From contig JBIIRE010000001.1 of the NCBI GenBank assembly GCA_044341655.1, forward strand, positions 8,157-72,156: a DNA stretch of 64,000 nucleotides. The letters are read 5' to 3'. Position numbers and translations under genes: made by a program. Under the pieces are notes generated by a model. The model saw only the letters and a list, made by a program, of their open reading frames with translations, searched no databases and was not told the DNA's origin. Origin of the DNA: Ilumatobacteraceae bacterium (GTDB lineage: Bacteria > Actinomycetota > Acidimicrobiia > Acidimicrobiales > Ilumatobacteraceae). Positions 36,722 to 45,452 of the stretch are shown in pieces; position 1 is the stretch's first letter; each line of letters opens with the position of its first letter.

Positions 36722-38824
36722 ATGGGTTTAGCAATTGGTGATGAATCAGAACTACTTGCTGATGCTGTAACTCGATTTACGAATTCGCGTTCGGTACTTG
36801 CAGAGGCCCGAAAGCTTGCCGAGTCGGCTTCAAGTGATTTGCCGTCGTTCTGGCATGAGCTGGACTCTCTTGGTTGGCTCACAGTTTCCAAAACAGACGG
36901 TCTTGGGTTCACAGAACTCGCAGTAGTGCTCGAAGCCTTGGGTCGAAACCTCACCCCTGGGCCAGTGCTTACCACCGCTTGGGGGCGCGCGCTCGCATCA
37001 ATCGCAGGACACGACGTAGATGGCACTGTGGCGGTGGTGCTTGAAAGTTCAAGCCCTGTCTTAGGTGGTGCAGTTGCCCAACACCTGATTGTCTCTACCA
37101 CTGATTCGGAAAAATGGGCATTGATTCCGAGCAATGCAGGCTCAGTCACAAGCGTGCAAGGGCTTGATGGCGCAGCAAACCTTGCGCGCATCGAGGCTGG
37201 TACTGGTGGCACACAACTAACGGGAGTCACGACAAGCGTCGTACACGCAGTTGGGATAGTGCTCGCGTCCGCCGAAGCACTCGGTGGCGCATCATGGTGC
37301 GTAGATACCGCAGCGGAATGGGCGCGCGCACGTAAGCAATTTGGTCGCCCAATTGGGCAATTCCAGGGAGTTAAGCACCGCTGCGCGAACATGCTTGCCC
37401 GACTCGAACTCGCCCGTGCAGCCGTGTGGGATGCGGCATCTGCCCTTGATGGCGAAGATCCTTTTGGCCCGGAAGCTGAAGTTGCAATCGCTGCAGCTGG
37501 CGCTCTTGCATTGGATGCATTTGTTGATAATGCCAAAGACGCGATTCAGATCCTCGGTGGCATCGGTTTCACATGGGAGCACGATGCTCACATGTTCTTA
37601 CGCCGCGCAGTAACACTGCGGCAACTCTTCGGTGATACCCATGCGTGGCGTCGTAAACTTGCCGAAAACGCAATCACCGGTACGCGTCGCCATCTCACAC
37701 TGGAACTCCCACCCGAGGCTGAACAAATGCGTAGTTCAATCGCTGCTGTTGCTGACTCGATTGCAGCACTACCCAAAGAAAAACGGCGGGCAGCTCTGGC
37801 CGATGCGGGCCTGATAGTGCCGAACTGGCCCACTCCATGGGGGCGGGGCGCCGGAGCTGTTGAGCAAGTTGTAATTGATGAGGAACTGCGCCGAGTAAGG
37901 GTGCGCGCCCCACACCTACAAGTTGGAGCTTGGGCTGCACCAACAATTGCCGCACACGGTACGCCTAGCCAACAAGAACGCTGGGTGCGACCCACGTTGA
38001 CGGGCGAGATCAATTGGTGCCAATTGTTTAGCGAACCTGAAGCAGGTTCAGATCTGGCATCACTGTCAACCAAAGCAACCCCCACCAAGGGTGGATGGCT
38101 TTTAAATGGTCAGAAGGTCTGGACCAGCATGGCCAAAGAGGCCGACTGGGGCATCTGCCTTGCCCGCACTAATACGAACGTCGCAAAGCACCTCGGCATC
38201 ACTTATTTCATCATTGACATGAAGTCACCAGGTCTTGATATCCGGCCATTACGAGAACTAACAGGCATGGAGATGTTCAACGAAGTTTTCTTCAACGATG
38301 TGTTCGTTCCCGATGACTGTGTGATTGGTGAAGTTGATGGTGGCTGGCCACTGGCGCGTACGACTCTTGCCAATGAGCGAGTTTCCATGGGCAGTGGCTC
38401 ATCATTTGGTGGTGGGATTGAAGCACTCATTGGGTTAGTTGCCGACCTTGCCGAATCTCAATCAAGTGCCGCTGAGCAGATCCTCACAAAGGATGCACTG
38501 GGTGCATTGGTGGCTGAGGCGCATGCACTTTCAGTGATCGGTCTTCGTGTTGCCGCACGATCACTCTCTGGAGCGCAACCCGGACCCGAAGCAAGTGTGC
38601 GCAAGCTCCTCGGCGTTGAACACGATCAGCGCACGCAGGAGATGGGCCTCTCACTGCTCGGAGCAGAAGGTGCAACGGTGGAACAAGGACTCGCAAGCCA
38701 GTGGAGTTTTGGCTTCCTCGCAAACCGTTGCCTGACAATTGCAGGCGGCACCAGCGAAATCCAGCGCAATGTAATCGCCGAGCGACTACTCGGATTGCCA
38801 CGTGACCCCGAACCAACTTCTTGA
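36722..38824 (+). CDS. Fused two-domain acyl-CoA dehydrogenase (ACAD-like beta half, then a complete ACAD alpha half)
   Basis: The N-terminal half has RKQFGRPIGQFQGVKH but no SEPxxGSD motif. The C-terminal half has WCQLFSEPEAGSDLASL..GGWLLNGQKVWTS and GGTSEIQRN. Confidence 0.9.
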   Translation: MGLAIGDESELLADAVTRFTNSRSVLAEARKLAESASSDLPSFWHELDSLGWLTVSKTDGLGFTELAVVLEALGRNLTPGPVLTTAWGRALASIAGHDVDGTVAVVLESSSPVLGGAVAQHLIVSTTDSEKWALIPSNAGSVTSVQGLDGAANLARIEAGTGGTQLTGVTTSVVHAVGIVLASAEALGGASWCVDTAAEWARARKQFGRPIGQFQGVKHRCANMLARLELARAAVWDAASALDGEDPFGPEAEVAIAAAGALALDAFVDNAKDAIQILGGIGFTWEHDAHMFLRRAVTLRQLFGDTHAWRRKLAENAITGTRRHLTLELPPEAEQMRSSIAAVADSIAALPKEKRRAALADAGLIVPNWPTPWGRGAGAVEQVVIDEELRRVRVRAPHLQVGAWAAPTIAAHGTPSQQERWVRPTLTGEINWCQLFSEPEAGSDLASLSTKATPTKGGWLLNGQKVWTSMAKEADWGICLARTNTNVAKHLGITYFIIDMKSPGLDIRPLRELTGMEMFNEVFFNDVFVPDDCVIGEVDGGWPLARTTLANERVSMGSGSSFGGGIEALIGLVADLAESQSSAAEQILTKDALGALVAEAHALSVIGLRVAARSLSGAQPGPEASVRKLLGVEHDQRTQEMGLSLLGAEGATVEQGLASQWSFGFLANRCLTIAGGTSEIQRNVIAERLLGLPRDPEPTS

Positions 38825-38845
38825 CCCGAAGGTGAGCAAATAATC

Positions 38846-40360
38846 ATGTCGAATCTTCTGCCCGACCAACTTCGCTTGATGGCTGAAAGTTTTCCAAACG
38901 AAACCGCATTCTTGAATGTTGCAAATGATTTCTCAATGACCTTTGCTGAGTGGGATCAGGCTTCAAACCGCATGGCTCGATGGCTAGTAGCCCAGGGATT
39001 ACAAAAGAGTGACCGCGTTGCAATTCACGTACCACCAGAAGAACCCGAGCGCTTTTTAGTTACCTACACTGCAATACATAAAGCGGGATTAGCAGCAGTT
39101 CCAATCAGTACACGTTTGGTGGCACGTGAATTGGGCTATGTGTTGGAACACTCCGGGGCAACCATCGCATTTAGTGGGACCTCAACACTTCCGATAATTC
39201 TCGAGGCAGCAAAAGGTGCACCCGAACTGCGCACAATTGTGACTACAGCAAAGACAGAGTCCCCGCTTGCTGTCAGTTGGGAAACTGCCACAGACCCCGA
39301 TGATTCCCCATGTCAAATCCCGGTGGGCAACACTGACCTCGCTGATGTCATGTACACCTCTGGCACCACAGGTCGGCCCAAGGGAGTCGTAGTCAGACAC
39401 GGCAATGTGGCAATGATGCCCAACGGTGTGCCCAATTGGTCAGGGAAGGGATGGTTCCATTCCTCGCCAATGTTCACTTTTGCTGGAATTGCTTCCAACT
39501 ACAACCCGATGAAACTCGGCTTGACCCTGATGTACCTGCCGAAGTTTGATGTTGACAAGTGGTACAACACAGTTGAACAGCTGAAGCCGTCGGCAGTGTT
39601 TCTTGTGCCAGCAATGGCTGAACTTTTGATCGCCAGCCCAAGATTTGATTCAGCAGATCTGACTTCAATCATGATGTGCTCTCTTGGCAGTGCACCACTG
39701 GCACCAGCAACATTTGACCGACTGCGCAATCGGCTTCCCAAGGCGATTGTTTCCAATTCATGGGGCATGACCGAAGCCGGGCCCGCGTACTGTCACATGC
39801 CCACAGAGGAGCACGCCAAGCGTGTTGGCTCGGTGGGTCGCCCAGTGCCCCCTACCGAAGTGCGAATCATTGACGAGGAAGGGAATGTGCTTCCCCCACG
39901 CAACATCGGCCAATTGACCGTGCGCAATCCGGGCCGTGAGCGTGAATACTTCCGTGATCCAGAAGCAACAGCGAATTCTTGGAAGGACGGCTGGTTGCAC
40001 ACCGGTGACATGGCGGAAGTTGATGAGGACGGATACCTGTACCTTCGCGGCCGCATGAAAGACATGATCATCCGCGGGGGAAACAATGTCTATTCCTCAG
40101 ATGTTGAGTCTGTTCTCTATGAGCATCCAGCTATTCGTGAGGCTGCAGTGGCTGGCGTGGCACACAAAGTGCTCGGCGAGGACATCGGTGCGTGGATTGT
40201 TTTGAAAGATGGCGCCACGGCCACCGTTGAAGAACTCACGTCGTTCTGCGCAGAGCGACTTAGCGATTACAAGGTTCCGCGTGCATGGCAGTTTGTTTCA
40301 GAACTGCCCCGCAACCCAACCGGCAAGGTTGTCAAAGCAGACTTGCCGGGCCGCAGCTGA
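38846..40360 (+). CDS. AMP-dependent acyl-CoA synthetase/ligase
   Basis: Motifs YTSGTTGRPKGVVVRH, LHTGDMA and RGGNNVYSSDVE. RBS GAAGGTGAG. Confidence 0.9.
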   Translation: MSNLLPDQLRLMAESFPNETAFLNVANDFSMTFAEWDQASNRMARWLVAQGLQKSDRVAIHVPPEEPERFLVTYTAIHKAGLAAVPISTRLVARELGYVLEHSGATIAFSGTSTLPIILEAAKGAPELRTIVTTAKTESPLAVSWETATDPDDSPCQIPVGNTDLADVMYTSGTTGRPKGVVVRHGNVAMMPNGVPNWSGKGWFHSSPMFTFAGIASNYNPMKLGLTLMYLPKFDVDKWYNTVEQLKPSAVFLVPAMAELLIASPRFDSADLTSIMMCSLGSAPLAPATFDRLRNRLPKAIVSNSWGMTEAGPAYCHMPTEEHAKRVGSVGRPVPPTEVRIIDEEGNVLPPRNIGQLTVRNPGREREYFRDPEATANSWKDGWLHTGDMAEVDEDGYLYLRGRMKDMIIRGGNNVYSSDVESVLYEHPAIREAAVAGVAHKVLGEDIGAWIVLKDGATATVEELTSFCAERLSDYKVPRAWQFVSELPRNPTGKVVKADLPGRS

Positions 40361-40385
40361 TCTCGTCAGCTAGACGTCGCAACTT

Positions 40386-40808
40386 TTACAAGGTTCCAGG
40401 AGCGAGGATCTCGATTACCTGGCCATCAGGATCACGAATCATCAGTGCTTTGCCCCACATGTCGGTATCTTCCAGAACTTCGCCACCATATTGAAGAACC
40501 AGTTTGCAGGTTTCCGCAATGTCATCAACGGTTAGCGAGATATGTGTAAGCCCCGGCTCAGTGAATGGTCTGATTCGCGCTGCCTCATTCCCTTCGCGAT
40601 CAAAATGGAGCAATTCAAGAATTGCCCCACCGAGTGTGAGATAAACAGCTGTAAGACCTACTGGCTCCTTCACACGAAGCAACTTCGCCGAGCCAGCATC
40701 CGGTACTGCAAGACGATTCCGAACCGTGAACCCAAAAACATTCACATAAAACGTGATCGATCGTTCGAGGTCAGCCACGTGATGACCTATGTGATTCCAA
40801 ACTGGCAT
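40386..40808 (-). CDS. VOC/glyoxalase-family protein
   Basis: Motifs MPVWNHIGHHVADLERSITFY and GLTHISLTV. ATG 40808 is preferred. The track extension to 40967 is implausible. Confidence 0.8.
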   Translation of the reverse strand: MPVWNHIGHHVADLERSITFYVNVFGFTVRNRLAVPDAGSAKLLRVKEPVGLTAVYLTLGGAILELLHFDREGNEAARIRPFTEPGLTHISLTVDDIAETCKLVLQYGGEVLEDTDMWGKALMIRDPDGQVIEILAPGTL

Positions 40809-40831
40809 GAAAATGATTCTAGGGTGTTCGC

Positions 40832-42304
40832 ATGCAGGATGATTTGAATCTGGTCGATCTGTTGAACATAGTCGTTGAGACTGCCGGTGACCGCGTAACG
40901 GTTGGCAGTAAGGCTGATGGATATACGAACAGCGATCTGAAGTTACGTGCAGAGCAAGGTGCATCAATGCTTAGCGAGCATGGCGCCAAAGTGGTTATCT
41001 ACCTGGCGATGATGCATCAGTGCTTTCCTGTGGCGATCTTTGCCTCGGCTGCCGCGGGTGTTCCATTCATCCCACTCAATTACAGATTGTCCGACGACCA
41101 ATTGGGTGCTCTGCTCGCCAAACATCCAGACCCTCTCGTAATCACTGACGATTCTCAGCGCCTAATCGCTCTCGGTGTTGACCAGGTCAACATCTACGGG
41201 CCCGATGAATGGCTACTCGCATGCACCGAGTCCGCACTACAGCCACTACCCCGTGTCGAACCCGAAAGCATTGCCGTGTTGCTCTACACCTCGGGAACCA
41301 CTTCGGAACCCAAAGCAGTCGTACTGCGGCATAAGCACCTAGTTGCTTACATTCAGTCATCAATACCATTCGCCTCAGCAAATGAAGACTCAGCCGCACT
41401 GATCTCGGTACCGCCGTATCACATCGCTGGAGTGGCCAACTCAATCACCAGCATCTACTCCACTCGTCGTGTTGTTTACCTGCCGGTCTTTGACCCGAAC
41501 ATCTGGCTTGGTTTAATTCGTAGCGAGAACATCACACACGCATTTCTTGTCCCTACGATGCTGGCCAGAGTGGTAGACGTACTCGGTGATAGCTCAGCAG
41601 AGTGCCCTTCCTTGCAGGTGCTTTCCTACGGTGGTGCACGAATGCCAATCACGGTGCTTGAGCGTGCGTTGCGAGCATTCCCTGATGCGGGATTTGCTAA
41701 CGCTTACGGACTCACGGAAACGAGTTCAACTCTTGCCATGCTGACCCCTGATGATCACCGTGCCGCATTGACTGGCGACCCAAAAGCGAGGGCGCGTCTC
41801 GGATCGGCAGGGAAAATTGTGCCGGGCATTGAAGTCGAGATCCGTGACGGTGAAATCTGGGCTCGTGGCAAGCAAGTATCAGGTGAGTACTTGGGTCAAA
41901 CCCGTGGCCTGGAATCAGGTGAATGGTTCTACACACGTGATCGCGGCTGGATTGACGAAGATGGTTATCTATTCATTGAGGGTCGCACCGATGACACGAT
42001 CATTCGTGGTGGTGAGAACATCGCACCAGCCGAGATTGAAGATGCCTTGCTGCGCCATCCTGATGTTGTCGACGCAGCAGTGGTTGGCGTTCCAGACGAC
42101 GAATGGGGCCAGCGCATCGAAGCAGCCGTTGTGCTTAGCCCAGGTGCGCAAGCCGATACTGAGCAGCTTCGCAATCACTGTCGCGGCCTTTTACGGTCTT
42201 CTAAGACACCAGATCGCATCGTGATACGTGAATCGCTGCCCCACACTGACACAGGCAAGCTGCTGCGCCGTCAGGTGCTGGCTGACCTGATGTCTGCCAA
42301 CTAA
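40832..42304 (+). CDS. AMP-dependent acyl-CoA synthetase/ligase
   Basis: Motifs YTSGTTSEPKAVVLRH, FYTRDRG and RGGENIAPAEIE. Only 23 nt separate it from the divergent VOC start. Confidence 0.85.
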   Translation: MQDDLNLVDLLNIVVETAGDRVTVGSKADGYTNSDLKLRAEQGASMLSEHGAKVVIYLAMMHQCFPVAIFASAAAGVPFIPLNYRLSDDQLGALLAKHPDPLVITDDSQRLIALGVDQVNIYGPDEWLLACTESALQPLPRVEPESIAVLLYTSGTTSEPKAVVLRHKHLVAYIQSSIPFASANEDSAALISVPPYHIAGVANSITSIYSTRRVVYLPVFDPNIWLGLIRSENITHAFLVPTMLARVVDVLGDSSAECPSLQVLSYGGARMPITVLERALRAFPDAGFANAYGLTETSSTLAMLTPDDHRAALTGDPKARARLGSAGKIVPGIEVEIRDGEIWARGKQVSGEYLGQTRGLESGEWFYTRDRGWIDEDGYLFIEGRTDDTIIRGGENIAPAEIEDALLRHPDVVDAAVVGVPDDEWGQRIEAAVVLSPGAQADTEQLRNHCRGLLRSSKTPDRIVIRESLPHTDTGKLLRRQVLADLMSAN

Positions 42305-43935
42305 GACTCGCCGAAACGTTCGGCGAGCATTGCGGTGACCTGTCTGCGGTCCAACTTCCCTGAGTCGAGCCAAGGCAACTGATTCTGATCGGCGAACACT
42401 GCAATGTGTCGCGGCACTTTGTAGTTAGCGATCTGTTCCTTCACCTTTGCCCGAGCAGTCTCCTCATCGAGCGACTGCCCTGGTCTCAGCGCCACCAGTG
42501 CGACCACATCTTGCCCTCGTACTGGATGGTCGATACCAGCGACAAATGCGAGTACCACCTCTGGTATGGCTTCCAGAACTTCCTCAACTTCTCGCGGTGT
42601 CACATTCATTCCTGATGTCTTAATCAGGTCGCCCATGCGTCCCGTGAAATAGAAGTGATCATCTTCATCAAAGCGGCCAGCATCACCGGTGCGATACCAG
42701 CCGTCGGGAGTAAAAGTATCTGCACGTTCACGCTTATGGAAGCCCAACATCAGTGAGTAGCCACGAAGCCACAGCTCACCCACCGAGCCAGTTGGCATTT
42801 CTTCGCCAGTGATCGGGTCAACGATTTTGTGCTCCACACCCGGCACTGAGTAACCAAAGCTCCCAAGTTTTTCTGGTGGTAGAGGTTGCCTTGAATCAAA
42901 AGTGTGAGGCCCAAGTGTTTCGGTCATGCCAAGCGATGTCGCTTTTGGAATCTCGGCCTCGGCCTGCAGATCAGGGGGTAACAGCGCAGTGAAATTACCT
43001 GCACGAATGCACGAAAGATCACGAGTCTTGAAATCAGGATGGTCCACTAGCGCCTTGCCAATATGTGGCCAGCCAAGAACTTGTGTAACTCGCTCACGTT
43101 CAATTAACTCAAGAGTTGCACCAGGCTCAAACTGTTCTTCAAAAACTACAGCTGAGCCTGCGTACATGCAGGCTATGAGCGTGTAACTAAAACCACCAAC
43201 CCAAAACAGTGGCATCGGCGTGTAAAGGACATCATCGTCCTGAAGATCACGCATCTGCCACAAGTTGTGGGCATGCCGAACCGTTGCACCGTGTGAGTGA
43301 ACCGCCGCTTTTGGATCAGAGGTGGAGCCAGACGAGTAAACGAACACCATCGGATCGGCCGGATGCACTTCGCTCTCGACTTCAGCCAAGAACTCGTCGC
43401 TTATTTTCGCTCCCCGCTGAACTAGGTCAGAAATTGATCCGCACCAGCTTCGAGGCTCCGCATTCCAGGTCCACACCGAGCGCAGAAATGGATGGCTACT
43501 GATCATCAGATCTTCGTTCTTCTGACCAACAATTCCAGGTGAAGCTTGCTCAATGCGGTCGAGGTAATCATTTGAGAGGTGATGACCAACGGTCAATAAC
43601 GCAAATTGGTCACTGTGACGCAGTGTGCGATTGAGTTCGGGCACTTTGTTGTAGGTGTTCAGTAAGACCGCAACCGCTCCAATTCGAGTGATCGCAAAAA
43701 GCCCCACCACCCAGTCAGGACCATTCGGCGCAAGGAGACCAACCTTCGCCCCCTTCGTTACCCCAATTGCCAACAAGCCCTTAGCCATCGCAGCTGAACG
43801 CGCCTCTAGGTCAGCAAAACTGAGTCGCTCGTCGTTAAGCACCACCAAGGTCTTGTTTGTGTATCGACGCGCCGATTCACGAACCAAATTTGCGCTGGTC
43901 GGCACGAATGCCGGAAAGCTCGTTTCCCTCTTCAC
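42301..43935 (-). CDS. AMP-dependent acyl-CoA synthetase/ligase
   Basis: Motifs YSSGSTSDPKAAVHSH, YRTGDAG and KTSGMNVTPREVE. Its stop codon overlaps the stop of the convergent ligase (CTAA). Confidence 0.9.
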   Translation of the reverse strand: MKRETSFPAFVPTSANLVRESARRYTNKTLVVLNDERLSFADLEARSAAMAKGLLAIGVTKGAKVGLLAPNGPDWVVGLFAITRIGAVAVLLNTYNKVPELNRTLRHSDQFALLTVGHHLSNDYLDRIEQASPGIVGQKNEDLMISSHPFLRSVWTWNAEPRSWCGSISDLVQRGAKISDEFLAEVESEVHPADPMVFVYSSGSTSDPKAAVHSHGATVRHAHNLWQMRDLQDDDVLYTPMPLFWVGGFSYTLIACMYAGSAVVFEEQFEPGATLELIERERVTQVLGWPHIGKALVDHPDFKTRDLSCIRAGNFTALLPPDLQAEAEIPKATSLGMTETLGPHTFDSRQPLPPEKLGSFGYSVPGVEHKIVDPITGEEMPTGSVGELWLRGYSLMLGFHKRERADTFTPDGWYRTGDAGRFDEDDHFYFTGRMGDLIKTSGMNVTPREVEEVLEAIPEVVLAFVAGIDHPVRGQDVVALVALRPGQSLDEETARAKVKEQIANYKVPRHIAVFADQNQLPWLDSGKLDRRQVTAMLAERFGES

Positions 43936-43984
43936 GGCTAGTGGTCACTCCCCCTGGATAACGCAGTTTTGACCGCGCCAACTT

Positions 43985-45040
43985 ATGATTAGGTTCTTAA
44001 GAGTAACCGAAAACGGTTCACTTGTTTGCCAACTGGGGAGGCCACCGTTGTCCACGTTCAATGCATTTTGGTTGTCAAAAGATGAAGAGGGTTCACAGTC
44101 CCTGACATGGCGTGAATCAACTACCGATGAACTCATGGATGGCGATGTCACAATCGCAGTAAGCCATAGCACGATCAATTACAAAGATGGTCTCGCACTC
44201 ACAGGATCATCGCCAGTGGTACGCAGATGGCCGATGATTCCTGGAATTGACTTCGCAGGCAGTGTCACAACAAGCAGTGACCCATCATTTACCGTCGGAC
44301 AGCAGGTGATCCTTAATGGATGGGGCGTAGGCGAAACCCATCTCGGTGGCTATTCACAATTGGCCCGCGTACCCGGCGGGTGGCTAGTTGCGTTGCCGCA
44401 AGCATTCACGCCAGCACAGTCAATGGCAATTGGTACCGCTGGCTACACCGCAATGCTTTGTGTGATGGCCATCGAAGATCGAGGCGTCAAACCAGGCGAT
44501 GGTGCAATTCTGGTCACTGGTGCTTCTGGTGGCGTGGGCAGTGTCGCAGTGTCGCTCTTGTCGAGCCTTGGCTACGAGGTCATCGCGTCAACGGGCCGCA
44601 TCGAAGAGACTGATTACCTCACTCATCTCGGTGCATCCAGTGTGATCAACCGTGCGGAGTTGAGCGAGCCCGGTCGCGCTCTCGGCAAAGAACGCTGGAT
44701 CGGCGCAGTCGACAGTGTTGGTAGCCACACTTTGGCGAACGTTCTCGCGGGAACTCGGTACGGTGGCACAGTTGCTGCATGCGGTCTCGCTCAGGGCATG
44801 GACCTGCCTGGCTCGGTTGCTCCATTCATTCTTCGTGGTGTGACGCTCGTAGGCGTTGACAGCGTTATGGCGCCGTCTGGATTGCGCAATTCAGCTTGGG
44901 CACGACTCGCCAAAGACCTTGATGTGAAAAAGCTTGACTCTGTCACCGATACGCAAAGCGTGTCGCAAGCTCCGAAACTCGCCACGGAAATCCTCGCCGG
45001 GAAAGTCCGCGGCAGAGTCGTTCTGAACATCGACTCCTGA
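43985..45040 (+). CDS. YhdH/AcuI-type MDR quinone oxidoreductase / acrylyl-CoA reductase family protein
   Basis: Motifs GDVTIAVSHSTINYKDGLALTG, MIPGIDFAG and LVTGASGGVGS. A TTG at 44048 would give a family-typical N-terminus, so the track start 43985 may be too long. Confidence 0.85.
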   Translation: MIRFLRVTENGSLVCQLGRPPLSTFNAFWLSKDEEGSQSLTWRESTTDELMDGDVTIAVSHSTINYKDGLALTGSSPVVRRWPMIPGIDFAGSVTTSSDPSFTVGQQVILNGWGVGETHLGGYSQLARVPGGWLVALPQAFTPAQSMAIGTAGYTAMLCVMAIEDRGVKPGDGAILVTGASGGVGSVAVSLLSSLGYEVIASTGRIEETDYLTHLGASSVINRAELSEPGRALGKERWIGAVDSVGSHTLANVLAGTRYGGTVAACGLAQGMDLPGSVAPFILRGVTLVGVDSVMAPSGLRNSAWARLAKDLDVKKLDSVTDTQSVSQAPKLATEILAGKVRGRVVLNIDS

Positions 45041-45065
45041 CTCCACAGCCACCAAGGCTGGCTAG

Positions 45066-45191
45066 TTAACCAGTGGCCTCACGTGAGCGGTCTGCGGTTT
45101 GGCGGACCGACATCATTGCAAAAAGAAATCCACCGGTTGCAACGATAAAAAAGATCACGCAACCAAAAGCGAAAAGTGCACCTTGACTCAT
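45066..45191 (-). CDS. Putative 41-aa single-TM membrane peptide (below the ORF-track length cut-off)
   Basis: My translation is MSQGALFAFGCVIFFIVATGGFLFAMMSVRQTADRSREATG*. The ATG lies 1 nt after the TGA of the upstream 64-aa gene. Confidence 0.4.
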   Translation of the reverse strand: MSQGALFAFGCVIFFIVATGGFLFAMMSVRQTADRSREATG

Positions 45192-45192
45192 T

Positions 45193-45387
45193 TCAATTTC
45201 CGCGCTTCTGCGAGGCAATTAGGAATCCGCCAAGCGCAAGGATCGAAGGCACCCACGTACCAACAAAGATTCCGTTGAGCTTGTCGTCCATCGTGCTGTC
45301 GTTCGCAAAGAACAACCAGACGCTGAGCACCAGGCTTGCCATTGCCGCAAGCAGGATAGTGATTCGAAGAATGTCTGTTGGTTTCAT
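45193..45387 (-). CDS. Small two-TM membrane protein (64 aa)
   Basis: Two hydrophobic helices (ILRITILLAAMASLVLSVWLFF and IFVGTWVPSILALGGFLIA). Confidence 0.55.
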   Translation of the reverse strand: MKPTDILRITILLAAMASLVLSVWLFFANDSTMDDKLNGIFVGTWVPSILALGGFLIASQKRGN

Positions 45388-45452
45388 AGTGTCTGCCTAT
45401 CACGACGACACGCATTATGCGTGGATACTCGTTTAACCTTTGGCAAATCAGT

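Noticed and set aside
36703-37536. A 277-aa minus-strand ORF. Similar long antisense ORFs occur at 37588-38088, 3592-4155, 24220-24756 and 17599-18180.
   Set aside because: They lie antisense to motif-rich enzyme genes and are Ala/Ser/Pro/Arg-rich with no motifs. These are the shadow ORFs expected in GC-rich coding DNA.
16731-45040. Assigning the catabolic island to steroid/cholesterol degradation, because of the alpha/beta and fused ACADs, the MaoC dehydratase and the many CoA ligases.
   Set aside because: I recognised no ring-degrading genes (KshA/B, KstD, HsaA-D-type oxygenases or hydrolases), no thiolase/Ltp2-type aldolase and no Mce transporter. The similarity is limited to enzyme families.
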